In this document: piece after piece, positions 56,112 through 64,000 of the stretch
How positions within the stretch are numbered: position 1 is the stretch's first letter
How the letters are laid out: the number at the start of each line of letters is the position of its first letter
From: Candidatus Amesbacteria bacterium
Lineage (GTDB): Bacteria; Patescibacteriota; Microgenomatia; CAZETR01; Amesbacteraceae
Assembly (NCBI GenBank): GCA_027371535.1
Contig: DAHXMV010000003.1
Coordinates: 8,047-72,046, forward strand
Reading direction: 5' to 3'
Length of the DNA: 64,000 nucleotides
Program-made: the position numbers and the translations under genes
Notes under the pieces: model-generated
What the model saw: only the letters and a program-made list of their open reading frames with translations
Database searches by the model: none
Told to the model about the DNA's origin: nothing

Positions 56112-57487
56112 GCTACAATTTTAACAGGATGATCATAAATCTCAGAACACCGGTAAAAGTAAGTGAAGTTTTTAAAAAATTCCGGCTGGCAACCCTTGAA
56201 ATTTACATGGTGGGCGGACTGGTGAGGGACGTTATGCTAAAAAGACAGCTGTATGATTGGGATTTCACCACACCGGCCACACCGGAAGAAATTTTGACGT
56301 TATTCCCGGAGGCTTTTTACGACAATAAATACGGGACGGTGGGAATTCCCATGGGCGAGGGGGAAAGACCGCTGGAAATCACCACGTTCAGGTCAGAAAA
56401 AGGCTACAGCGATTCGAGACATCCCGATGAGGTGACCTGGGGAAAAACCCTGGAGGAAGATCTGATGCGGCGGGATTTTACCATTAACGCCATGGCCCTG
56501 AAGCCCCTGACCGGAAATAAATTTGAAGTGATTGATTTATACCACGGAACGGACGATTTAAATAATAAAATCCTGCGGGCTGTCGGGAATCCGGAGGAGA
56601 GATTTGCCGAAGATGCTCTAAGAATGATGCGGGCCGTGAGGATTACGACCCAACTGGGGTTTGCCATAGAAGAGGAGACTTTTACAGCCATCAAAAACAA
56701 TGCGGCAAAGATTACCGAAATTTCCGCAGAAAGAGTCCGGGATGAATTATTAAAAATTCTGGCAGCAGATTTCCCGGCCGACGGATATCTTCTTCTTCGA
56801 AACTGCGGACTGGGGGAAATTATTCTGCCGGAGATAGAAAAAACCTTCGGGGTGGAACAAAAAAGCCCCGGCAGACATCATATTTACGACGTTGGGACGC
56901 ACAGCGTAGAGGCCCTCAGAAACTGCCCAAGTCATGACCCGATTACCCGGCTGGCCACCCTGATCCACGACGCGGGAAAAGCCAGAACCCAAAGGATCTA
57001 TCCCGACGGCAGAATCACATTTTACAACCATGAAATGGAGAGTGAAAAAATCGCCCTGGCAATTTCCGAACGGCTGAGGTTTTCCAATGAACAAAAGGAT
57101 AAATTTGTCCGGCTGGTCAGATGGCATCAATTTTCCGTGGATGAAAAACAAACCGACAGTGCCATCCGCAGATTTCTGAAAAATACGGGGTTGGCCAATG
57201 TATGGGACATGCTGGACCTGAGAACCGGCGACCGCCTGGGGGGAGGAGCCAGGGAAACCAGCTGGAGGCTGGAGGAATTTAAAAAAAGATTGATTGAGGT
57301 GCAAAAACAACCCTTCAGTATTCCGGATTTGAAAATCTCCGGTAATGACATTATGGAAATGAAAAAAATTACCTCCGGGCCGCTGGTAGGCAAATACCTG
57401 GAGAAAATATTTACCGAAGTGACGGAGTATAATCTGCCCAATGAACGGGGGATTTTGTTAAAAAGGCTCTCGGAAATAAACTTGTAA
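56087..57487 (+). CDS. cca: CCA-adding tRNA nucleotidyltransferase with HD domain
   Basis: GGLVRDVMLKR...DWDFTT (pol-beta NTase head), RFAEDALRMMRAVR, HD motif LIHDAGK. The true start is probably an internal Met near 56129. Confidence 0.85.
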   Translation: MRLIHRRSCYNFNRMIINLRTPVKVSEVFKKFRLATLEIYMVGGLVRDVMLKRQLYDWDFTTPATPEEILTLFPEAFYDNKYGTVGIPMGEGERPLEITTFRSEKGYSDSRHPDEVTWGKTLEEDLMRRDFTINAMALKPLTGNKFEVIDLYHGTDDLNNKILRAVGNPEERFAEDALRMMRAVRITTQLGFAIEEETFTAIKNNAAKITEISAERVRDELLKILAADFPADGYLLLRNCGLGEIILPEIEKTFGVEQKSPGRHHIYDVGTHSVEALRNCPSHDPITRLATLIHDAGKARTQRIYPDGRITFYNHEMESEKIALAISERLRFSNEQKDKFVRLVRWHQFSVDEKQTDSAIRRFLKNTGLANVWDMLDLRTGDRLGGGARETSWRLEEFKKRLIEVQKQPFSIPDLKISGNDIMEMKKITSGPLVGKYLEKIFTEVTEYNLPNERGILLKRLSEINL

Positions 57488-57522
57488 TATGTAAAGAAAT
57501 TTATGGATAGGCAATTAAGCAA

Positions 57523-58056
57523 ATGGAAATATTTATTCTCCTGATCATCCTGGTTATCACAACCGTTATTTTTGTCTGGACAATTTATATGATTATAGGA
57601 GACGCCGCGGGGGCGCCGTTTGTGACCGTAGATGATAATGTGCTGGTAAAAATACTGGAACAGATGAAGTTGAAAAAGGGGTCAGATTTTTGGGATCTGG
57701 GCAGCGGAAACGGAAAAGCGGTATTCCTGGCGGTGAGAAAATACGGGACTTTCGGATACGGGACGGAGATTAATCCCCTGCTGGTCCTATATTGCAGGAT
57801 AAAGGCTGGCCTATCGGGATCGAAAAAGGTAAAATTTGAAATGAATAATTTATTTAAAACAGATATCAGCCGGGCTGATTATATTTATTTTTACTTATTT
57901 AAGGGAACCGTGGAAAAAGTATCACAAAAACTGGAAAAAGAATGCCGGCCAGGGACAATGGTCGCATCCAGAGGGTTTGAAATATTCAGATGGAAAAATA
58001 GACTGACCCGGATTTTGGAAACCAACGGCTGGAAAACTTATTTTTATAAGGTCTAG
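57523..58056 (+). CDS. TM-anchored class I SAM-methyltransferase-like protein, paralog 1
   Basis: N-terminal TM. Motif I-like DLGSGNGKAVFLAV. About 40% identical to the next gene. Confidence 0.45.
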   Translation: MEIFILLIILVITTVIFVWTIYMIIGDAAGAPFVTVDDNVLVKILEQMKLKKGSDFWDLGSGNGKAVFLAVRKYGTFGYGTEINPLLVLYCRIKAGLSGSKKVKFEMNNLFKTDISRADYIYFYLFKGTVEKVSQKLEKECRPGTMVASRGFEIFRWKNRLTRILETNGWKTYFYKV

Positions 58057-58058
58057 TT

Positions 58059-58598
58059 ATGTGGTGGAAAGTAATCGCCGAATGGGTAATTTTAATAATT
58101 CAGTTCGGACTGGCGATTTTTATGTTTTATATGATGGCGGCATTTTATACCGGGGCACCCCTCGTTTTAACCAGGAGAAAAATCATTAAAAAAATGCTGG
58201 ATGAGGCCGGGCTGAAACCGGGCCAATTATTTATTGAGCTGGGCTGCGCGGAGGGGCGGGTATTAAGAACCGCAGTCAAAGATTACCATGTCCGTGGCAT
58301 GGGATATGAAATAAATTTTTTCCTGGTATGGTGGGGCAGAATCATGGCCGGACTGCAGCACTTAAAAAATATCAGGTTTATAGTCAAAAACTTCTGGAAA
58401 GCGGATTTGTCCGGAGCGGATGTGATTTATGCCTATCTGTTTCCGGATACCATGCAAAAATTAAAAGTCATCTTCGATAAAACCGGGAAAAAGAATTTAC
58501 TGGTAATTTCCAGAGTGTTTGAAATCAAAGGCTGGGAAAATAAACTGATCAAGAAAATTCCGGAGGGGGATGACTGGATTTATTATTACAGGAAATAG
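58059..58598 (+). CDS. TM-anchored class I SAM-methyltransferase-like protein, paralog 2
   Basis: N-terminal TM. ELGCAEGRVLRTAV motif I-like. Tandem duplicate of 57523..58056 with shared blocks (GYxxEIN...AD.IY.YLF...R.FEI.GW.N). Confidence 0.45.
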   Translation: MWWKVIAEWVILIIQFGLAIFMFYMMAAFYTGAPLVLTRRKIIKKMLDEAGLKPGQLFIELGCAEGRVLRTAVKDYHVRGMGYEINFFLVWWGRIMAGLQHLKNIRFIVKNFWKADLSGADVIYAYLFPDTMQKLKVIFDKTGKKNLLVISRVFEIKGWENKLIKKIPEGDDWIYYYRK

Positions 58599-58607
58599 GT
58601 TTTTAAC

Positions 58608-60971
58608 GTGTCAGAAATTACCATTCCAGGATACGGTACAAGCAAAGACGCAGGCCGACCAAGGTTACTACCTCACGATATATTGGAAAAAAACATAGTT
58701 GTTCCAATGATCGACTTTGCCGATAAACCACTTGCTGAACAGACAATTAAATACTTTCCCCAGGAGAAATCAGAAGAACTGGCAAGGCAAATTACAGTCA
58801 AGGATTTTAATGAAATTATATTCGGAGGCCTACCTGAAAATTTAAGAAAAGCGATAAGTTTGTCTCCTGAAGAGGTTCGGGAATTAATAAATACGGATGT
58901 TCAGGAAAGAGCGGAAGACAGAACAACAGTCATTTTACAGATAAAAGCAAAAAATTTAGTGGCAGCCTATATCAGCCAGGCGGCGGCGGAAGAATTGAAA
59001 AGGCTGGATCTGACGGGCTATAAACTTTCCGAAGTCGATAAAACCGTATTAGAAGCCGTCCAAGGCCAGGCAGAAGATAGAACCCGGGAACTAATAGAGT
59101 TGGAAGAAGAGGTTCAAATTCTTAAGAAGTGGCCCGGAGCCGATGCAAAAGATTTGGTAAGACAAAAAAGAAAACTGCTGTATGAAACAAATCTACTGGC
59201 GGGATTGGCGATTTCAACGGAACACGTATCCCCGGAAATGTACAGATTTTCCAACTTCCATAAAGGTTTGATGCAAGCAACTTTGAAGAATTCAGCAGGA
59301 TTAGTCGCCGACAGAGCCTCCGGGATTTATACCAGAGAAAATGCAGGGACATTTGCCCACCTTTTGGGATTAAATATTGCCAGAGAAAAAATGCTACCCG
59401 CGTTGACGCCGACAAATGATTATGGCGTGGAAGTATTTACCTCCGGGATGGGCGCATTGGGATCGGTTTTAGAATCAATATCCCAGGCATGGCATCCTGA
59501 CACCATCATGGCATCCGGTATTTATTTTGAATTACCCGTGGTAGCACAAAACGCAAATACAATTAAGGAGGTCGAACCGGTGGGCGAAAATTTTTATTTT
59601 GATATAGCTACCAAATTAAAACAGGGCCAAAAACCTTTGGCAGTTTTTGCCCAGCCTTTCAGCAGCGGTGTGGATGATATGGTGGTGGATACAAAGAGAA
59701 TCCTGGAAATTATAAAAAACAATGACGGCAATCAACCGGTATTCTTAGTTTTGGATACCACCATGCACGGAGTAAATATAAATTTTTGGCCGCAGGTTAA
59801 TGAAATTACCAGTGCAGGAAAAGACTTCACCCTAATTGAAATTCAGAGCTTGGTGAAGCACGGCCAATTGGGATTGGATGCCGTACCGGGAGGCGTAGCA
59901 TTGGCTTACGGAACCCATCCGGAAATAATCAGTACAACCATAGGCAGCCGGGCTACAATGATGCCAGAAGCAAACGCAGCCGTGCTATTTCCCTTTTTGG
60001 GAGAAGTCCAGTCACACCGGATTGAAAGAGCAGGAAGGAATGCTGAATACCTGGCGAAAGGCCTGTCAGAATCACAAAAAGATAACCCTTTGATTGACAG
60101 TGTGTATTACGCTCCGACGGCAGATGAAGCAGCCAAAAAAGTCAGCAGCCAATATGAAACAAAATCGCCGATCTTATTTTTAAAACTCAATCCGGTAATT
60201 CCGGAACGAACGCTGGTTTTTTGGTTATCAGATTTGTCCGGTATAAATTACAATTTTCCCGAGTCAGGAATCGGAACCAGCTACGGCTTTGACGGCACCC
60301 GGTTTGAAAATATTCCCATTGGCCGCGACGGAGGCGTGAGTATCAGAATTGCTGCAGGTCAGGAATCCATGCTTCAGGTTATGGCCCTGGAAAAGTACCT
60401 AGATTATTATCTTAACAAACCGGAGTTGAATGAATATGTAAGCAGGGATTTAAAAAGCGAAATCAGACAGATAGTCAGCCCGATGGAATATCAAAAAGAA
60501 GATTTTAAATATAGCTTCTATTTTCTTCCAGGAATGAATCGCAATTCTAATTCCGATAAATATTTACAAAATATGGAAAATGGCCGCGTTTTGAGATATT
60601 TTTCGGATCAGGTCCGGGGGCGGTTGCTGGTTAAGGAATTTACCGATAAACCCGGATTGGCAACCCGACTGGAAATAACCCAAAAGGAAATTGAAGATCT
60701 GAAAGGTACTTTTGATAAACCGGAAGAAATTAACCAGATATTTACATCCTGGATGATTACACAGCCGGAATATATCGGTGCATTGAGGCATAAATTGGCA
60801 ATCAGAGGTAAGATGCCGTCTGAAGAAACCACTTATCAGATCGCCAGACTGGTCACGGATAATAAGGCGGTAAAAATAATTCTTGGACCGATTGCCAAAA
60901 TGTCAAACCAAATTCTGGCAGATTTGAAAGATAAATTTGAGGAAAAAACAGGATTCAAGCTCCCGGGATAA
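58608..60971 (+). CDS. large hypothetical protein with embedded Cys/Met-metabolism PLP-dependent-enzyme-like core
   Basis: 787 aa. N-terminal about 240 aa is coiled/repetitive (ERAEDRTTVILQ / GQAEDRTRELIE). The middle has ...VLDTTMHGV... and ...IEIQSLVKHGQLGLDAVPGG..., resembling the CGS/CBL/MGL motifs VVDNTFxTP and SxTKYLxGHSDVVxG (the Lys is retained). C-terminal about 230 aa has no recognised motif. Confidence 0.4.
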   Translation: MSEITIPGYGTSKDAGRPRLLPHDILEKNIVVPMIDFADKPLAEQTIKYFPQEKSEELARQITVKDFNEIIFGGLPENLRKAISLSPEEVRELINTDVQERAEDRTTVILQIKAKNLVAAYISQAAAEELKRLDLTGYKLSEVDKTVLEAVQGQAEDRTRELIELEEEVQILKKWPGADAKDLVRQKRKLLYETNLLAGLAISTEHVSPEMYRFSNFHKGLMQATLKNSAGLVADRASGIYTRENAGTFAHLLGLNIAREKMLPALTPTNDYGVEVFTSGMGALGSVLESISQAWHPDTIMASGIYFELPVVAQNANTIKEVEPVGENFYFDIATKLKQGQKPLAVFAQPFSSGVDDMVVDTKRILEIIKNNDGNQPVFLVLDTTMHGVNINFWPQVNEITSAGKDFTLIEIQSLVKHGQLGLDAVPGGVALAYGTHPEIISTTIGSRATMMPEANAAVLFPFLGEVQSHRIERAGRNAEYLAKGLSESQKDNPLIDSVYYAPTADEAAKKVSSQYETKSPILFLKLNPVIPERTLVFWLSDLSGINYNFPESGIGTSYGFDGTRFENIPIGRDGGVSIRIAAGQESMLQVMALEKYLDYYLNKPELNEYVSRDLKSEIRQIVSPMEYQKEDFKYSFYFLPGMNRNSNSDKYLQNMENGRVLRYFSDQVRGRLLVKEFTDKPGLATRLEITQKEIEDLKGTFDKPEEINQIFTSWMITQPEYIGALRHKLAIRGKMPSEETTYQIARLVTDNKAVKIILGPIAKMSNQILADLKDKFEEKTGFKLPG

Positions 60972-60976
60972 ATAAA

Positions 60977-61186
60977 TCAGACCCGGGGGAGTTTTTGGGG
61001 GTTGGCATGAAAACGGAGTTCTTTCCAGGCTTTTTGGGTCCGCTGCCGGATGAGATACCTGACAATATCTTCAGGTGATAATTCGGGTTTTTCCGGAGGC
61101 GGTTTGTTATTAAGAGCCTCCCGGGAAATAGAAGTTACGCCTGATTCCCGTAATAAATCCAAAATAAACTGTTTTTTTCCGATCAT
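60977..61186 (-). CDS. small hypothetical protein (69 aa)
   Basis: ORF only. Confidence 0.25.
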   Translation of the reverse strand: MIGKKQFILDLLRESGVTSISREALNNKPPPEKPELSPEDIVRYLIRQRTQKAWKELRFHANPQKLPRV

Positions 61187-61241
61187 TTTTTTCGGTCATT
61201 AAACGGCGATTTTAGCGCTTATTGAAACCGCAGGATGACTT

Positions 61242-61457
61242 ATGCATAATTTAGGGGTGAAGGAAACCCAGGTAACAATGGGAAGGGGGGGAGGTTTGTT
61301 GGATACGGTAACCATTGAAAAAGCCGGTGATTGCAAACGGGATCAATGTCCGTTTAAAAAAATCTGCGACAGGGATAACGGAACCGTTACCTTACTTTTT
61401 AAACACGGCGTGACCAGTGATACGATAGAAGAAGTTAAACAGGCTCCCTGCGTATAA
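61242..61457 (+). CDS. small Cys-containing hypothetical protein (71 aa)
   Basis: Four Cys (GDCKRDQCPFKKIC...APC). Could bind metal. Confidence 0.3.
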   Translation: MHNLGVKETQVTMGRGGGLLDTVTIEKAGDCKRDQCPFKKICDRDNGTVTLLFKHGVTSDTIEEVKQAPCV

Positions 61458-61488
61458 ACTTAGGTATATATTTTGATAAAATTTACCG

Positions 61489-62094
61489 GTGAAAGAAATA
61501 TACAGACACTTCGAGCTGGCAGATCAGGTAATTTTTGAACAATTAAAGAAAATGAATTTGAGGAGGCTGAAACTAAATACAGACCAGAAAACATATTTCA
61601 AAAAGCTGTGCAGGGAAATAATCGGGCAGCAGCTGGCAGGAAAAGCTGCAGAGGCGATTACCGGCAGATTTGAAAAATTATTTACCAAAGTTGGAATAGA
61701 ACCTAAAAATATATTAGAGGTAAAAGAACAGGACTTGAGAAATATCGGGATGTCATGGGCTAAAGTCAGATATGTGAGGAATCTGGCAGAAGGGGTCAAC
61801 AGCGGTGAAGTTAATCTGGCCGGATTACCCAAATTAAAGGATGAAGAGGTCATCGCGGAGCTGATCAAAGTCAAAGGGGTAGGAAGATGGACAGCGGAAA
61901 TGTTTCTGATATTTACTTTAGGAAGAGAAGACGTTTTTTCTTTCGGGGATTTGGGGTTATTCAGGGGATTTAAAAGATTATATAAAATGACCGATAAACA
62001 GGCAAAAAGAAAAATCAAATCCGTGACGGACAAATGGAGTCCCTACAAAAGTTACGGCTGCCTGGCGTTATGGGAGGCAGCGGAAATTACCTAG
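61489..62094 (+). CDS. HhH-GPD DNA glycosylase, AlkA-like (3-methyladenine DNA glycosylase II)
   Basis: ...VKGVGRWTAEMFLIFTLGREDVFSFGDLGL... is the AlkA-type helix-hairpin-helix / Gly-Pro-Asp block. Confidence 0.7.
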   Translation: MKEIYRHFELADQVIFEQLKKMNLRRLKLNTDQKTYFKKLCREIIGQQLAGKAAEAITGRFEKLFTKVGIEPKNILEVKEQDLRNIGMSWAKVRYVRNLAEGVNSGEVNLAGLPKLKDEEVIAELIKVKGVGRWTAEMFLIFTLGREDVFSFGDLGLFRGFKRLYKMTDKQAKRKIKSVTDKWSPYKSYGCLALWEAAEIT

Positions 62095-63008
62095 GTTCGC
62101 TTTTTGGTTTCCCAGAGAACCAGGATGGGGGCGGCGTTGAAGATGCTTGAGTAAGTTCCGGAAACTATACCGATTAAGAGGGCGGCTACAAACCAACGAA
62201 TGGTATCACCGCCAAACATAAGCAATGCAGCCAGTGTGAGAATAACTGTCAGGGAAGTATTTAAAGAGCGGGCCAGTGTCTCAGTGAGAGAAAAGTCCAC
62301 TACCTGCTCGAAAGTGGCCCGGGGCATTTTGGGGAGATTTTCACGGACGCGGTCAAAGACCACAATGGTATCGTGGACGGAAAAACCGATGACGGTTAAA
62401 AGGGCCGTGACAAACAGCGAATCGACTTCGACGTGGTAAAGATGGCCAAAAATGGAAAACAAACCGACAACCACAAACACATCATGCAGCAAAGCGATAA
62501 CGGCGGAAGCTCCGAATTTCCAGGCAGAGTAGGGCTTGGGAATACTGCCAAAAGACCAGGAAATGTAAAGGATAATAAATAAAGAAGCTACGGCCACGGC
62601 CAGCAGGGCGTTCCGGGTGAGTTCCGCCCCGACCACCGGGCCGACAGTTTGAAAACTTTTTTCGGTCACCCGGCCAACTGATGAAGCGAGATCTTTTTGA
62701 TATTGAATATTCTGAGCCTGGGTAAGCGGCTTAAACCGTAAAAGGAAAGTGTTGTCCGAAGAAGACTGGGCAGTGGACAGCTGCAGGTGCTGTTTTTGGG
62801 CAACATTTCGAAAAAGCGCAGTCTGGACAGGTTTGGCGGTCTGGATCTCCAAAAGCGTGCCGCCGGTAAAATCAATGGAAAGCTGCAGGCGGAAAAAGGC
62901 CAATGAGATAATACCGGGAATTAAAACCAGCAAAGACAGGCCGAAGTAGTACCATTTATATTTCATAAACCGGAAATAAGCCGGCTGGGATTTATTTTCT
63001 GTTTCCAT
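62091..63008 (-). CDS. secF: protein-export membrane protein SecF
   Basis: ...PAYFRFMKYKWYYFGLS... (SecF N-terminal pattern) and ...HDVFVVVGLFSIFG...HDTIVVFDRVREN... The longer ORF to 63113 overlaps the end of secD, so I chose the internal Met at 63008. Confidence 0.8.
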   Translation of the reverse strand: METENKSQPAYFRFMKYKWYYFGLSLLVLIPGIISLAFFRLQLSIDFTGGTLLEIQTAKPVQTALFRNVAQKQHLQLSTAQSSSDNTFLLRFKPLTQAQNIQYQKDLASSVGRVTEKSFQTVGPVVGAELTRNALLAVAVASLFIILYISWSFGSIPKPYSAWKFGASAVIALLHDVFVVVGLFSIFGHLYHVEVDSLFVTALLTVIGFSVHDTIVVFDRVRENLPKMPRATFEQVVDFSLTETLARSLNTSLTVILTLAALLMFGGDTIRWFVAALLIGIVSGTYSSIFNAAPILVLWETKKRT

Positions 63009-64000
63009 ATACTGCACGAACCAGTGAACGGGTAATGGTGACTGACGTAAACAGGGAAACCAGGATACCGACAGCCAGGGTAAGAGCAAATCCCCGGACA
63101 GAACCGGTACCAAACCAGAACAGGATAGCGGCAGTAATCAGGGAACTGGCATTACTATCACGGACTGATGTCCAGGCCCGGATAAACCCCAGTTCAATAG
63201 CAGCGCGCATAGGCCGGCCCCAGCGAACTTCCTCCTTGATGCGTTCAAAGATCAGAATATTGGCATCCACAGCCATACCAACGGAGAGAATAAAACCGGC
63301 AATACCGGCCAAAGTCAGGGTCACGGGAATCAACTTGAATAAAGCCAGAGACAGCAGAACATAGATAGTAAGAGCAATGTCTGCCAGAATTCCCCTGGCA
63401 CCATAATTGACCAGCATAAACAATAAAATAATCACAAATCCGATGACCCCGGCAAACAAACTGCGGGTGACGGATTCGGTACCCAAGGTAGCGCCGATAT
63501 TGCGCTGTTCGATAATTTTGATGGGTACGGGCAAGGCTCCAGCATTCAGCTGGATAACCAACGACTTGGCCTGATCCAAAGTAAACCGACCGGTGATGAC
63601 GGCCTTTCCGTCGGGAATTTCCGTCTGAATGGTAGGCGCGGTCAGAACCTGATTATCCAGAAAAATGGCCAGGGGGCGGCCGATATTTGATTTGGTAATC
63701 TGAGCAAATTTCTTTGCCCCGTCCGAGCTGAACTGCAAACCGATCTGGGGTCCGGCATTTAAAGTACCATTGGAGCCGGCGGTATTGTTGAACTGGACCG
63801 ATGCCAGACTTAAATCTTTTCCGGTCAAACCGGTAGAAATAAAATCCGCTTCACTGGAAGGAGTGGCCACTTTGGGCAATCTGAAATCCAGTTGAGCGGT
63901 TTCGCCGATAGTATCAATGGCCTGGGTGACGTCTTTGACGCCGGGCAGTTCGATAATTAAACGATAATTATTGCCAACCTTGGAGGTCTGAATCAGCGGT
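62992..64000 (-). CDS. secD: protein-export membrane protein SecD (5' part outside window)
   Basis: ...GNNYRLIIELPGVKDVTQAIDTIGETAQLDFRLPKV... is continuous to the window edge. The listed TTG start at 63879 is internal. C-terminal TM bundle shows the typical SecD/RND-like pattern. Confidence 0.8.
   Translation of the reverse strand, partial: PLIQTSKVGNNYRLIIELPGVKDVTQAIDTIGETAQLDFRLPKVATPSSEADFISTGLTGKDLSLASVQFNNTAGSNGTLNAGPQIGLQFSSDGAKKFAQITKSNIGRPLAIFLDNQVLTAPTIQTEIPDGKAVITGRFTLDQAKSLVIQLNAGALPVPIKIIEQRNIGATLGTESVTRSLFAGVIGFVIILLFMLVNYGARGILADIALTIYVLLSLALFKLIPVTLTLAGIAGFILSVGMAVDANILIFERIKEEVRWGRPMRAAIELGFIRAWTSVRDSNASSLITAAILFWFGTGSVRGFALTLAVGILVSLFTSVTITRSLVRAVYGNRK

Noticed and set aside
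63009-63113. N-terminal extension of secF (MVPVLSGDLLLPWLSVSWFPCLRQ...)
   Set aside because: It overlaps the 3' end of secD. SecF-like sequence starts at METENKSQPAYFRFMKYKW.
1-64000. CRISPR array or cas operon
   Set aside because: No direct-repeat/spacer periodicity anywhere. The only Cas-like gene is an isolated Cas4/RecB-family nuclease.
1-64000. Transposase, integrase, phage or IS element
   Set aside because: No DDE, tyrosine or serine recombinase motifs, no terminal inverted repeats, and no phage structural genes. The low-GC cassette at 19-23 kb lacks recognisable mobility genes or flanking repeats.

Overview
This 64 kb window looks like a compact bacterial chromosome segment, probably from an uncultivated, reduced-genome lineage (CPR/Patescibacteria-like is a guess). 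Reasons: small genes, an archaeal-type AspRS, many membrane-anchored or secreted hypothetical proteins, and GC near 47% with two clearly AT-rich patches. It is gene-dense on both strands. I found no rRNA, no convincing tRNA, no CRISPR array and no transposase or integrase.

Housekeeping genes I recognise: metK (3' partial), a DEAD-box helicase, GluRS, archaeal-type AspRS, a single short Rel/SpoT, RecJ, CCA-adding enzyme, AlkA-like glycosylase, SecF and SecD (partial), a Ham1 ITPase, and a D-Ala-D-Ala carboxypeptidase.

Accessory content worth a closer look:
- A 1744-aa surface protein with concanavalin/LamG-like and DUF2341-like modules, containing an internal tandem domain duplication.
- An ABC exporter pair next to a standalone Cas4/RecB-like PD-(D/E)xK nuclease.
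- A cell-wall cluster: a CAP-domain protein, an Rpf-like transglycosylase, and separately a possible 3D/RlpA-like protein.
- A low-GC (about 33-38%) four-kb cassette of small-molecule hydrolases (GATase1, NUDIX, HAD, an arginase-family enzyme with GGDCS in place of GGDHS, and an ICMT-like methyltransferase).
- A flavinylation-linked redox module: a secreted FMN-binding protein with an SGAT motif, an ApbE flavin transferase, and a membrane-anchored FNR/NOX-like oxidoreductase. It sits divergent to msrB and an apparently degenerate msrA.
- Two tandem P-type cation ATPases bracketed by two paralogous PolB-exo-like 3'-5' exonucleases.
- A copper operon (csoR-copA-membrane/cupredoxin fusion-copZ) preceded by a 9-bp-arm C/G-tract palindrome that looks like a CsoR operator. 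It is followed on the opposite strand by a split, degenerate OmpR-type response regulator.
- A VIT/vWA-like giant membrane protein and a DUF2207 protein with a poly-Gly tail.
- Tandem TM-anchored methyltransferase-like paralogs followed by a 787-aa protein with an embedded Cys/Met-metabolism PLP-fold-like core.

I also report several candidate regulatory or ncRNA elements: two near-consensus sigma70 promoters, tandem bidirectional terminators in an orphan gap, a structured metK leader, a promoter-hairpin-terminator unit feeding three small ORFs, and a recurring TCCCGC-N3-GCGGGA hairpin motif.
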